Source of the DNA: Halocafeteria seosinensis | Lineage: Eukaryota | Direction: 5' to 3' | Length of the DNA: 64,000 nucleotides | Assembly: GCA_001687465.1 (NCBI GenBank) | Contig: LVLI01000228.1 | Span: 1 to 64,000 of the forward strand | Shown here: positions 1 through 12,725 of the stretch, in pieces | Numbering within the stretch: the stretch's first letter is position 1 | Layout of the letters: the number at the start of each line of letters is the position of its first letter | Notes under the pieces: model-generated | What the model saw: the letters and a program-made list of their open reading frames with translations, nothing else | Databases searched by the model: none | What the model was told of the DNA's origin: nothing | Program-made: the position numbers and the translations under genes

Positions 1-335
1 GAACAAACTAAAGAATTAGAACGGGACGTGTACACTGTACACTCTGTGACAAGTTTAATAAGAATGAATGGATGGAATTGAGGTCTCGAAGGTCTACGTG
101 CTAAGAATTCCTTTCATTCACGTGCTCATTTCGCGTCCACCTCTAAGAGAATAATTAAACACCGATGGGTAAGGATGAAAGATCCACTTGCGCAAATAGT
201 GCATGAAAGTGGAGAATTCATCAATCAACCCTTCGAAAGAGAGCTCATTAGCTTGTGAATGTCCCATTCACCGCATTCATTCACATCATGTAGCAGAATT
301 GTTGCTATTTCTGCACGTGAATAATAAGTAAAATA

Positions 336-3300
336 ATGTCTTCATCATTCACTAAACCTGAGAAAAGCTTCTGGAAGCCAGGAGCGCCTCGTCCTGGAGG
401 AGGTGGAAGTAGTCACCGCCATTCTACGGGCAATGGAGGCCCATATTATGATACTAAGGGACATGGAACTCGACGGCAGGGCAAGGGGGATTCCCTGGAA
501 TCCCAGAGAGCCAAACAGGACACGCGCTTGATCGCGAAACAAGGCATTTCGGCCACGATTCTCGACCGGGAAGGGGGAGATAGTGGGCTTCCCCTGGTGT
601 ATAATCCCCATATGCGTATGCCATTGGACCAACAGAGGCAACTGTTGCCCATTTTTCAGTACAGGGATCAATTGCTGTATGCCCTGGAACATTACTTGAC
701 AATCATCTTGGTAGGGGAAACAGGCTCTGGCAAAACTACGCGTAAGTTCCTGATACCCCGGGAATTGTTAATTTATTCACTACTCCAGTAATTGAATCCC
801 ACCGGCCTGTTTTGATACATGCAGAAATTCCACAATACTTGTACGAATCTGGGTGGGCGGATTCCGGTTACATGATTGCTTGCACACAGCCACGGCGAGT
901 AGCTGCTTCCTCGGTAGCCTCCCGAGTAGCCAAGGAAATGGGTGTGCCATTGGGCATGCAGGCGGGGTACGCTGTGCAGTTCGATGATTGTACCCATCAC
1001 GAGTATACCCGCATTAAATTTGTGACGGATGGCCTGCTACTTCGTGAAATGATGGTAGACCCATTGCTCTCCCGATATTCGGTAATCATTGTTGATGAAG
1101 CTCACGAACGTGGCCTCAATACGGATTTATTGATTGGATTACTGAAGCGAATCCAACATTCGCGGAAAGATTTGAGAATTATTGTCTCTTCAGCGACACT
1201 GGATGCTTCTAAATTTCGCCGATATTTTGAACGGAGCCCATCTACGGGTAAGAAGACTGATCTGCACCCAACGTTTAACATAGACCGCGAAAGGAAAAGA
1301 AAACGAGGGAAAACACGTTGGGATACTAATAGTGAGCCTCATGATGTTTCCGTTGGTAACCGAAAGGAGGATGATAGCCCACCCGAACCAGGAACTACCT
1401 GCATCATTGGCGTAGAAGGTCGTCAATATCCTGTGGACATTCTATACAGGAATGAACCTGTGGAGAACTATGTCAATGCATGTGTTGAGACAGCGATGAA
1501 CATTCACGAACTCGAGGGGCATGGAGATATTCTGATATTCCTTCCGGGAGCTGAAGAAATCGATGCCGTAAGTCCGCCACCCTATTTTGCAAGAGGCAGT
1601 TTTTACAGCATGTCTAAGGGGATGGGTTGCAGGTTGTAGAAATGCTAGAGCAACATGCTCCACAGCCTGCGCGTCACCGGGATCAGAAAGGTAGCGATCG
1701 GCCAGGCATGATAGCGTATCCTCTTTACGCTTCCCTTCCTTACGAGGACCAGATGGCAGCTGTTCAACCTGGTCCCGGTGTTGATTCGAAAGGTAACAGA
1801 ATCCGGAAAGTAATCGTGGCAACGAACATTGCGGAAACAAGTGTTACGCTCGAGGGTGTATCATTCGTTATTGACTCCGGTTTTGTAAAAATGCCTATCT
1901 ATGATCCACAACAGGGTGTAGAGACGCTGCTGGCCCAACCTATCTCGAAGGCATCCGCAGAGCAGCGTGCCGGAAGAGCTGGAAGGACTTCTGCAGGGAA
2001 ATGTTTTCGATTGTATACGGAAGAATCGTTTCATGTACGTAGTGCGTGTAATAACGAACATCTTCCCTTTCCCCGTTGCGTTACTATGTGTTGAGTTGCA
2101 GAAGTTACAAAAAAGCACACCACCGGAAATGACTCGAGTGAATATTACGCCCGCTGTGCTGCAATTGAAAGCTTTGGGTGTAGAAGATATTGCGCATTTT
2201 GAATACCTAGACGCACCGCCTCCCGAGGGTTTGATCCGCAGTCTAGAGACGTTGTATGCTTTGGGGGCGCTTAATGACAAGTAAGTGATTCCGTTACTAT
2301 CGTCCCCTCGAGATCACGATGTTCAGGATGAACGTTGTTTTGGACATCCAGTGGTCACTTGACCAAGCCGTGGGGAGAATATATGGCTGACTTCCCCGCA
2401 TCACCAAATATTGCGGCCATGCTATTGCGATCTTTAATCCTCGGCTGTTCCGAAGAGATATTGACTGTTGCTGCCATGGTTTCAGTGCGAAATGTTTTCA
2501 GCGCCAGTACGTTTCAGAGGAAGTTACAAGATCTCCTTCAAGAACACGCAGTGTCCGAAGGAGACCATTTGACTTTGTTTAACATATACAACGCGTTTCT
2601 GGATAATGAAAAGTCAAGAGAGTGGTGCAATGAAAACGGGTTAAACTTTGCAGTTCTCCAACGCGCTGTTGAGATTCGCCGTCACTTACGAAAATATTTG
2701 AAGCGTATTGTCGAAGATGCGCGATTTAGGAGTAGGGGACAAGACCGTGCTGAAGAAGATTTCGGTATAGATCCTCGGTCAATTAGCTTCGCCGAACTTG
2801 CCAGTGGTGGTGTGCAGTCGTGTGGTGAGGAGGAAGGTGTTGTCCGAAAGTGTATTGCTGCGGGGTATTTTATGCATGCGGCGAAACTATCTCCTCGGGG
2901 GTATTATGAAACTGTTCACGATGGAGTCCGGGTGGATCTTCATCCTGCTTCCGTTCTCTCTCGCTTTGGCGCTGCTCCCGAATGGATAGTTTTTCACGAA
3001 GCCGTGCAAACTCAGCAGCTTCAGATCCGCGAAGCCGTTGTGATTGATCCAAGGTGGCTCCTGGAGCTGGCTCCAGGCTTTTTCGAGACCACACACAGCG
3101 GTTCTAATTCTGTTTGGACCGGACAGAGAACCGGTGATAGCACCGCGAGACAAAGACTCATGGATCGAAACACAAAAGTAGAGGACTTCGGCAGAAATCG
3201 TGCAACTAATCCTCAGGTCCAATCTACGCACACCTCGATTGAAGAGGATCTAAATACGGTGAGGTTCCGACCGGCAAGCCAAAGAGATACAAAGCGCTCG

Positions 3301-3435
3301 AGAAGTGGCCGTAAGAATTCGAACGATGCCAACTTAAGGGAGGACGATATGCGGCCTGCCGGTGGAGGTAGAAAAGATTGGAGAAGTTCGACGGGTGGAA
3401 TTTCCAGTGTGTTAGCACACCTGCAGGAAGAATAA
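336..3435 (+). CDS. DHX35: DEAH-box RNA helicase DHX35, 5 exons
   Basis: Motifs GETGSGKTT, TQPRRVAA, DEAH, SAT, TNIAETSVT and QRAGRAGR, followed by HA2/OB-like regions. The N-terminal FWKPG and YNPHMRMPLDQQRQLLP segments are DHX35-like. In-frame GT-AG introns at 742-824, 1568-1632, 2035-2101 and 2281-2351. Confidence 0.92.
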
Positions 3436-3604
3436 TTTGTCCTGCCAGAGTTGCCACATTAACTCCCGCCGAAATGTTGTACTCATGTTGCTAAAAAGCT
3501 CTGAAAGAATGCTTCGATATGCCATTTAGAATAAATATAGGAAATTGTATTATTCTGTACTGGAGTATCATTGGAAGTGTTGCGGTTGGCTAATTTAGAA
3601 CGCA

Positions 3605-6001
3605 TCATCGCAATCTACTTATGTTCGATCCCCGTCTGAGCACTGGACCGGGGGCACTGTATGGAAACTGAAGTAGCGGTTCATTTCTTTCGGCATTCTC
3701 GTTCGTGAACACACAGATTTGTCGTTCAGTTGCCGTGCCTCTACGAGGCTGTGTTCGCCGCGAATAATCTTTGTACAGATTTATTAATCGGTGCATCTTT
3801 TCACCGAGAGGCACCTCTGGCTCTTCCCATTTTGCAAGGGCAATATGGGCCTGTAAGAGAAGGACTACATGTTAGAACATACTCCTTTTGTCAAAAGTAG
3901 AGCGAGAACGTCTTACCAGGGCTTCTATGTACTCCCGGAAATTCAACTCATCAAGACTTCCTACTGCATGTCAGGCAATTGGTGTTCACAGTTTCGAAGC
4001 ATTATTCTTGAGCGATGCTTCTTCTTACCAGTAGCGAGAGGATCATGGTCATCGCCCCCTCCTTCATCCTCACTTTGAGCCAGGCAGAACGCAAGTTGTG
4101 CTTCTCGTACTGATAGAATATCTGTCCCGACCCCCTGGCTTACTCTGGTCGTTCTCGCGACAGAGCTGGGTCTACTTGGGTTGTCATCATCTGCAGGGGA
4201 ATTCCGCATATTCAAGAAGTATGGGGTTTGGTACCAGTTGCGGCATCTGGCTTACCGAGGATCTGTATAGCTTTCAGCATATTTAGAAATGCTTCTTCTG
4301 TCATTGACATGTCTTCTGGGTCAACGTATAAATGCCGTTTTTCATCTAGAATGTCGTCTGGGTCGTCTTTGATCTCATCTACCTCCCTGTCAATATCTGC
4401 AAACTCCCCGAAAACATCCCGCAGAACGCCAATGTTTTCAACGACAGCTTTCATGACGGCAGATGTGTTCATTTGGACCCTGATACTGCCTGTCGATTGT
4501 GTTTTGTCCGCGAGTTTTGATATTGGTCCTTCCAGCAGGCGTTCCAGCTGAGCTACGGATAACGTCAGCACGGAACCGAACGCAGGAGCTGCTCTATACA
4601 CGCATGATAAAACTGCTAACTTTTTATAGTACAACTGCGAACATACCTGACTCATAATAATCCGTGGAAGTAGTACTCGCCGCTATCAAACAGAGTGCTT
4701 CTAAGAAGACAACCCGATTCATCTCAAGCTTCTTGGTAGCCGCACTGGGAGGAATTTTTTCTCCGTAACTTGCCCAAACAAAGAGCGCAGTAGGAGTTAA
4801 GTTCCTAATCTTGGCATTGAGATCGAAAACAAACGTTGTAAACTCAGTCTGGTTCATTGTATAAGATCCATCATGAGTGTCGGCGTCAGCGATGAGGTTC
4901 GAATAGTATCTAAACACGTCTCTAATTTGTTCATAGTGCTCCAGAAGCACAGCCCTTATTTCTTGCAATTCTTCGTACTGACCACCCACGAGGGTGGGAA
5001 TAATTCTAATTTGGTCCCAATCACGGTCGAAAATACTTTCCTGTTCTTCACCCCGTCCAAGAGTAAGGATTCGATACTGGCGTGCAATCCATGCACGGTA
5101 TTTTTCTTCTTTCTGTTCTGCTATGGCTTCTTGTTCTTCCTGCCTCTTCTTTTCTTCTATCTCCATTTGCTTCATGTAAGCTTTCATGCCAACCGAATAT
5201 CCGAAAGCTTTACAATGATACTTGCTGAACCGTTTTATATTGCCGGGTCCTCGGGAAGTATCTGCGGAGAGCCGCACGAGTACAACGTCTTTTTCTGTAA
5301 TAAGTGAGTCAAACAAGTGTTCATGTGTTGAATATCCACATTTTTTTTTGAGACGATAGTACGCTTACCGTTAAGTACCGCGGACAACTTGTCTCGAGGT
5401 TTTAGCTCTTCCTGTAGTGTAACCTACAAGTGTCCCCCATCACTGAAGACTTTCAATCGCAGAGGAGTGCTTACCTTTGGATCCCGAGAGAGTTCTTCTG
5501 CTTCATCCATGGTCAACGGCTCAACAAGTTTAGATATTTCGACATCACTGCTTTTCAGCGGCATATACCGTTTTACCTCCAACTTAAACTTTTCGTGTTG
5601 GCTCATTGGCCGCTTTGTACTAGCTCTATCTTGACACTTAAAGACATGAGATGGCAGTATGCTTCCTTGGGGACTTCTCATGTTTTCCCTGCTGCGTAAT
5701 ACTCCAGCTTCTTGCGTCTGCAAGAAAATACATGGTAGTTGAATGAATTCCAGTTAACCATTCAACGGAACTCCAGGTTCTTGTGTACCTTCTGATGTCT
5801 TTGAGAAATTGCCAAACTTAACCATTTGACAGTCTGACTTCCATGACCTATCTGCATGTTGTTTATCAGTAAGAGCAATTGAGTAAACGTAACACTGGTT
5901 TTAACTTCTGCCACAAGATCTGCGATGCTTACCTGGAAGGGGTAAGTTGTTCTCGTTGTATGTCGACTTCCGTGGATCTCTACGATCACATGGATGAACA
6001 T
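3605..6001 (-). CDS. Multi-exon hypothetical protein with coiled-coil and possibly EF-hand-like segments
   Basis: Chain of minus-strand ORFs (5762-6001, 5424-5723, 4624-5316, 4212-4655, 3961-4215, 3605-3814). The first intron reads cag|gtaagc...catgcag|ata and joins FQ to IGHGSQTVKWL. The other exon boundaries are approximate. Confidence 0.65.
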
Positions 6002-6452
6002 GGCACCAGAAGAAAAATGCTCTCGGTCGCAATTTTCGTTCCACCCGAGAAACTAAATATATTCACGAGTGTTCAGCCGTCATTTGTTCTATATGGTGGG
6101 CTTCTCCTCCGTAGCAATAAGTTGTGGCCCGTGTGTAACTCTTGTTCACTTCCAGCTCCCTAGGTGTCCACTCCACGCAGGACAAGCACGTGTAAATGAT
6201 GAACTCAATGCGGCTACCAATTACCACCCCACTATATGTAATTGCGTCTCGTATACAGGACAAAGGAAGCAATAGAAGCTCCTCGCGCGCGCTTTCTGGG
6301 CGAAAGTGCGTTGCGTTGTGACCCCGTTGCCAGCTTCAACTCCTTCTATTCTCAGTTTCTACAGGTCTCTACCACGACCAGATCTTTCTTCTACACGTAC
6401 CACTCTCAAAATACGTACACGCTTCAATACTGCCTCCAGAGTTGCTATACTC

Positions 6453-8137
6453 ATGTTCAATGAACTTCAATCCCTGTGTATGGGGCTTGTGAAGCTCAGG
6501 GGAACTTCACAAAGTGTTAAACGGCTGCCTGGCCACTTCAAATCAGGGCTTATTATGCACGATGTGATGTTTGTCGCGCATCCCAAGGCTGATCAGGCTC
6601 ATCGTTTAGTTGATTTCCTTGAAACAGGCTCGATTGTCTTGTGGGGTGTATATAGTTTTGGTTCAAAATTGGGGAACGAATTCTGCAAGATGGCGACCTG
6701 TCATCCGTCGCAGAGGTTATCGCAGCTTCTAGGAGCTCCTCCCATGAGCAAGCAGTGGAAGAGAGCACTCTTCGTGCGGGACAATAGCACAGAGTTGGAG
6801 AGGTTTTTTGTGCCTTTGCCGCAAGAGGAGGTCAAGGACGATCCAGCACCCGTGGAGAGCTACACAGACTACGCACGAAACGTAGATGAAGCTCTACAAG
6901 TATTCGGGTAGGTGTAATTGGGCCCACTCGTTGGGCCACTCGATGTACATTCACCGCACTCAGCTCTTTGACTAGACATGCAATTGATACCTCGTGCAGA
7001 AGAAAGCCTCCTTCCTTCATATCGGTCTACTTGGCCCCGTCCCTGGCGAACGAAGATGTCTGGACCGACCTACTTCAGGAGCTCGGAAACAACTTGGCGG
7101 CTTGGGTTCGTGCATTCTTTGGAATTGATAGCCGCATCTCTTTTCATGATGCACTCTCTCCTCGGCGATTTCACTTATTTGCGAGCGCGAAGAGTCCCAA
7201 CACGTACGTTCCTGTCTGTGGTGTTCCGCCCTAATCTATGTCACAAGCATAATTTAGGTTTGCTTTGTGCAGTGTTCGGGCCGCTGATATTACGGATGCA
7301 ATATCGCGTAGCATGGGCGATACCCGCGCCAGTATTGTTCTTTTACCGGATTATTTGGAAAGAGAGGCTGACATCTTCAGCCTCAATGGAACCGTGATGG
7401 TGTCCATAAGGAAACTAGCAGAATCCTGCCACGACTATCTTGGTGCCAACGTTCTCGATGCCCCCATTCAAGTTGAGTTGTTTTCGGTAGTCACAAATCT
7501 CTTGTTGGAAAAACTTGACATCTCGCGCTGTAAAGTGTTTCGTTGTGTTGCCAACAAGGTCACCGAACTGGACAGACGATCTGGTTTGGGCAAGGTATCA
7601 ATGCCATCAATTATGGCGCTTTTAGGCTGTCATGAAAGGCAGAACCATCCAGCGATCGACGTCTGTCCAGTGTGTCTTCGAAAATTAAGCTACGCTGTCG
7701 ATAGAATGGGGCGATGGGACATGAGCAAGAGATTTCAGGGTCTTCACTCTGTCATAATTCGCCTCGCTTCGGACACTGAAGAGGTTTCTGAGCTCTCCCG
7801 AAGGTTTCTTCAAACACTCTCTAGTTGGTTGACAGAACGCTATGAGATGATATCAGGGGAGTATGGCCAGTTGCCTGAATTGCCGCCATTACAGTCGTCG
7901 GGAGAGGGGCATGCCGCTGATGCTCCGATGAATGCAAATACTGGTAGTGCATTTCCTTCTTCCCGAGAAACAGCTTGTACAATGAACCGATCCGGAGGGC
8001 AACCGAGCGGGAGTTTCGTGGACACCACGAATACACAAAGCAGAGACGCTAGTGGGCAGAATACATTGAGAACTGTGCCCAATTCCAAGAACATAAATGC
8101 TGATAGAATGTTCGGTCTGCATACTCGTCCATGGTAG
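6453..8137 (+). CDS. Archaemetzincin (peptidase M54)-like protein lacking HEXXH, 3 exons
   Basis: In-frame introns at 6908-6963 and 7204-7257. ISVYLAP, AWVRAFFG, RCKVFRCVAN and DVCPVCLRKL follow the order of AMZ1/2 motifs. The start codon is inferred. Confidence 0.65.
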
Positions 8138-8257
8138 TATTTGTAAGATTTGTGACGAATGGAATGCGGCTGACGATGATGCTACCTAAAGGGAAAACGC
8201 GATGGCCGTCGACTATATTGGTACCGATGGCTCGGTCAAATCGAACACTACGTACGT

Positions 8258-8886
8258 TCATAGTATGAACCCCATACGGTGTGTGTTAAGTGCGCGGAGT
8301 ATCAAGCTTGAGTCGTCTTTCCGGGGCTCATGTAGTCTACGTGACTCCAGAATTGTAGAGCGGATCACTGAGCTGAATGGACACCTTGGGGGCACTAGTG
8401 AAACAACGATGATGTAAAAGAGGACATAATAGGCGCACGACTGCTTCTCATTGGCCAAACGATTGAGATGAGGAACGATATTCCTACGGTGTTCTGGCTT
8501 GATTGATAATGATTCCTTAAAAACCGGTCTCATGTTGTCCACTTTGACCACTGCTGCTGCGACGTTGCCACAAGTTCCTCTCAAACAGCACTCGCCGAGG
8601 CGGATTTCGTCCTGGGATTTCAAGTACTCCCATAGATCTTTTTCGTTGTCTATCCAAGACTTACTCGTATTCACCTCGTGGTATGTGTACCACTTGGCTG
8701 TATTTTTTGGGATGTACTACACTGTACCCACTTTCCTTTCGTATCATCAGTCCGGATAGGCGAGATTGAATCACATATACAACCGGGTCGGTGCACTCTG
8801 AATTTTGTTTCGTTTTGCACTGTTGTTTTTGGTGCTTTCGGCGAAATTGGACGCAGCTTGTCGATCAAAGCTACCTGGTAGAACAA
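8258..8886 (-). pseudogene. Frameshifted fragment with a degenerate PHD-finger-like motif
   Basis: GCIC...GKWVQC in ORF 8671-8886 continues after a frameshift into KWYTYHEVNTSKSW in the frame of ORF 8258-8674. Several zinc ligands are missing. Confidence 0.3.
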
Positions 8887-9101
8887 AATTGCGGAAATAG
8901 AAGTTTAGCGTCTTCAGATTGTGTTTCTGCGGTTTGAAACGCTGTCTATGGTGGGGTATATGATAACAAATGCTGTCAAAGTACTTTGCTAATTTCTCTG
9001 ACTGTTCATCATCGCCTACCCATTCATTTGACTGCGGTTTGCGTAGAGAATAGATATCGAGCGAGCAGCGCGGTAAGCCGGAAACTTTCGAATCTTTAAA
9101 G

Positions 9102-9156
9102 TGCTGAACACGGGCGCATACCGCTCCTCGTTCGGCCGGTGGGCTATCTGTCACAT
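9102..9156 (+). repeat. Dispersed repeat, copy 1 (internally deleted)
   Basis: aacacgggcgcataccgctcctcgtt plus cggccggtgggctatctgtcacat match 57896-57966 exactly, apart from a 21-nt indel. Confidence 0.9.
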
Positions 9157-9412
9157 ACATACCGGTATATATATATGTGTGTAACACTGTATGTGTTTCA
9201 AGTAGGAATCTGTGGATCTTCAGATGGCTCTGTTTTTACTTTTGGTGAGTTGCAAACTCTGAGGATATATGTCAGATTCGTCTATCTACTGTATGACGTT
9301 TGCATGACTTGGACCGAAACAAAGTGGGGTTCAAGGAGACGCTGGCTCGTTCCAATGTTTACTTGTGAGGCCATTATTTAGTTGGCAAGATCGACCCATC
9401 GTGGTTGTTTAT

Positions 9413-11545
9413 ATGTCGTCATCAAATCGCCCACGTAAAGCACGGAAGATCGTGGAACGGGGGGAGGAGGAGGGGGAAGATGACGACTACCAAGAGAAAA
9501 GGAGGAGCAACTATTTCGTGTCGTTTGATAGAGAGGCCGTACTCACACTGAAGAGACACCTACAACAATTGCTTCGGGAAAGACATGATTCCCACACGGA
9601 ATGTCGGGGGCAGTCGTATGTCCTCTCCAACCCTCCATCAAATGTCGAAAGCAACCTGGTTGATATGATACCCCAAGGCATGTTTATTGATAAGACGCGA
9701 AGCTATAAGAATTGCTTGGATCCGCAAAATAACAGGAAAAAAGGTGTCCGCGCCGCAACGTTTCCGCGGCGGTTTGGAAAGACGACGTGGCTTTCGTTTA
9801 TGGATCTAACATTGGGGCCCGTCTGGAGGCTGGAGGCGCGGGAGCGAAAGGCTCTCTACCAGGGAATTTCCAGGCTAGACGACGGAAACGCTTTTCTGCT
9901 TGCTCCTCTACGCCCTGTGTTACATTTTGATCTCCTCAATGTTGAAACGCCAGAAGATGTACAGTATATGGTATATAAGGCGTTCCATCAGTATGGTATC
10001 ACGGTGGACGCGGCGACTCCGTTCGGTGCTGTATGCGAAGACGGCATTGCAGTGTTGAAACATTTGTACCAGACCGTCATCCGTGAACTCGAGGAAGAAA
10101 AGGTGTGCCAACCAGGACAGATTTCCCCGGACGTGTTGGTTCTCGTTGATGAGTATGATGCAATGTACCGTGAATCTGAACGCGACGATATTACAGACCA
10201 AAAGCGTCAACAATGCGAGCAGTCAATTACCTGTATCACCCGGTTATGTCGTGCGCTGAAAAAGCGAATCCGAGATTCTATTTGGAATGTCTGTATTGTG
10301 TCATTAGTGCCATTGGGGCATACAGGTTTATCTGAGCTTGATGTGTCCGAAAATATGACGCTACAGAAGAAGTACCATTCCTTATTTGGGATTTCAGAAC
10401 AAGAACTATTCACGGCGCTCCAGCATCATAGTTCAGTTTATTTGAACCTGGATACAGTGGTCCAGTGGGCGCAACATCCGGACGTGAACATTGTGCCGGC
10501 GAATACAAACATGAGTACGACCAACAAGGTCCGCTACGTGAAATGCTGGATGCGGAAGCGAATCAATCGATTTTGCATGGCCATTGATAAAGAAGATGAA
10601 GAACTGGACCCTTTGTATAGCCCTCTCGATGTGGTGCATATCCTCCAGCTGGTGTTTGAAAATAAGCATGAATATCCGCAATTGCAATGGCTTGAGCGCT
10701 CTTGTTCTTTATACGGACATCTATTGGCAAACCACATCCGATTCGAAGATGTGTCGGAAGCACTTTGTGGAGGAGTTGTCAGTAAATCACTTTTTTATCA
10801 CCGGCAAAAGATAAGCGAGTTTTTTTCTCCTCCATCTACGGGAGGCGACATTCGACTTTTGCTGTTTTATCTAGGACTTCTTCAAGTATCTCAATCCGAT
10901 CAAACGCAGGTTGTCCTCTTGTCATCAGACGATAGCCGATCCATGAAGGCTAAATTCAGCATACTAACCCATCAACTGGTGGCGGGGTCCCGAGACGATG
11001 CCGTTCTGTATGATAACTATGTTCATAAAATGTCCAAGTATCCTGATCGGCTGTTTGCAACCATTAGAGACTGCATAAAACAAGCATCGCGACGCATTAA
11101 GGCTCGGTACAAGGGATTTTATCATTTACGAGAAATTCCGTATCAAGATGCACTATATCATTGCTTATGTGAACGGTTTCGCCACGATGACATTGCGGTG
11201 GCAGTCGAAGACTCAAAGAGTATCAATCATATTCTGTGCACAGGGCCGAATCGTATGGATCTCATCGTTCGCATTTACCCAGACACGGAACATGAAACTG
11301 CTGTTGTTATCGAAGTGAAACGGGAGGATCGCAAGACATTCCAAGTGAAAACCATGAAGGAAGCACTGGATCAAGCCCTGAGGTATCGGGCTGGACTTCA
11401 CACACCGTTTTCCCAATGTTTTTTATGTGGGATTGTCATACACTGGCATAAAAAGGATACATACATGTGTTTCGGGAAATGGGAACGAGGTGCTGCAGGA
11501 TTGCGTCAACTAGGTGACCATATTGAGCGTGACCATTTTGAATGA
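9413..11545 (+). CDS. AAA-ATPase-like (PF09820-type) NTPase fused to a C-terminal PD-(D/E)XK nuclease, intronless
   Basis: FIDKT, Walker A FPRRFGKTT and Walker B VLVDEYD. The C-terminus has RMDLIV...VVIEVKR...ALDQALRY. Start taken at the first ATG, 9413. Confidence 0.85.
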   Translation: MSSSNRPRKARKIVERGEEEGEDDDYQEKRRSNYFVSFDREAVLTLKRHLQQLLRERHDSHTECRGQSYVLSNPPSNVESNLVDMIPQGMFIDKTRSYKNCLDPQNNRKKGVRAATFPRRFGKTTWLSFMDLTLGPVWRLEARERKALYQGISRLDDGNAFLLAPLRPVLHFDLLNVETPEDVQYMVYKAFHQYGITVDAATPFGAVCEDGIAVLKHLYQTVIRELEEEKVCQPGQISPDVLVLVDEYDAMYRESERDDITDQKRQQCEQSITCITRLCRALKKRIRDSIWNVCIVSLVPLGHTGLSELDVSENMTLQKKYHSLFGISEQELFTALQHHSSVYLNLDTVVQWAQHPDVNIVPANTNMSTTNKVRYVKCWMRKRINRFCMAIDKEDEELDPLYSPLDVVHILQLVFENKHEYPQLQWLERSCSLYGHLLANHIRFEDVSEALCGGVVSKSLFYHRQKISEFFSPPSTGGDIRLLLFYLGLLQVSQSDQTQVVLLSSDDSRSMKAKFSILTHQLVAGSRDDAVLYDNYVHKMSKYPDRLFATIRDCIKQASRRIKARYKGFYHLREIPYQDALYHCLCERFRHDDIAVAVEDSKSINHILCTGPNRMDLIVRIYPDTEHETAVVIEVKREDRKTFQVKTMKEALDQALRYRAGLHTPFSQCFLCGIVIHWHKKDTYMCFGKWERGAAGLRQLGDHIERDHFE

Positions 11546-11589
11546 GTGTGGTGTACCAAGGGTAGAATAAAGACACCACCAAATTGAAT

Positions 11590-12420
11590 GAATACAATCA
11601 CAGTGGCAGGCTACTGGAACAAACCGAAGCTACAAAAACACTTGGGCAAGATGTTGCAGAGTAGCTACACGGACTCTGAAAGGGACGCTGAACACACAGC
11701 ACAAAGCGCTACTGACAGCATGCCCAGCGGACGGAGCAGCAGCATGGCTATACGTAGCACCAAGGAGAGGATTTACACCAACCGACACCGAGTACATGGT
11801 AGCACTGCGCCTACGCCTAGGGTTCCTCCAAACTAACTCGTTTACGGGGCCATCCGGTGAATGCTGTGGAGAAGGACCGATCGGCAAAGAAGGGAACGCC
11901 ACGCAAAGGATCCGCCGTCATGACGGGATAGCAGTGGAACTGGAGAACTGCATCCGCATGAGTCAAATGCCAGTGAAGAGAGAGGTTCTCGTAGACCCGC
12001 GAGACGAAGGAGAGGCGAGGCCAGTAATGGACTTGCTAGCAAAGGGCCCAACGAGCACACTGTACGTCGATGTGACAGTGCCAAACGCGCTCACGGGAGA
12101 CAGACTAGCCAAGACAGCGGGAAGACCCCTCACCATCGCGGCAGAAGCGGAGAAGATGAAGCGGACCAAAAAAAAAAAAATATATATACGGACACCTGAG
12201 GGACCATCACACGGAAATTATCCCGTTCGCGGCGGCGGCTTCGGGGGAGACGCAATCAAGTTCCTCAAGAGAATTGCCCCGGCCCACTGGGGAACAAGGT
12301 ACCAATATCAACGTGAAGTTGAAACCCACAGTCAATGTGAAGGTATCTGTCAACCTGTCTACGAAACGTACGGAGGGATGGGCTCAAAAGCGTTCACCTT
12401 TTGAAGGAGCTGTATGATAG
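11590..12420 (+). mobile_element. Degenerate CRE-like non-LTR retrotransposon 3' fragments (restriction-like endonuclease region)
   Basis: GAAAWL...ALRLRLG, RHD and RPVMDLL...VDVTV motifs. Two successive C-terminal motifs: GGFGGDAIKFLKRIA and YETYGGMGSKAFTF/LKEL (frameshifted). No RT domain here. Confidence 0.8.
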
Positions 12421-12725
12421 GCCGTCGAATCTGAGGGTAACGGATCCGGTCCTGTTTGTCAGGGATCTTCCACTGCGCCTGTAAAGAGGCCCTTGTTAGT
12501 TCCCATTAACAACGTGGTCCAGAGTCCAGAAATTGGTCCAGAATCCAGAAATTCTTCGGTAGAGTACTGTAGGAGGCTCGCCTTAATAAATGCAGTGTCA
12601 CCCCAGCATCTCTTACGGTGGGATTTTATGCTGGAACGCCGTCTTGCGAACCTCATCGACAATTTGCTCCTGGGCACGTAACGGCAATCGTGTATGCCGT
12701 ATAAAGGATCACCCTTCTTACTTGC

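Noticed and set aside
9413..11545. Bacterial contamination as the source of the ATPase-nuclease gene
   Set aside because: It is contiguous with eukaryotic retrotransposon debris and spliced genes, and a neighbouring repeat recurs at 57.9 kb. Read-level confirmation is still advisable.
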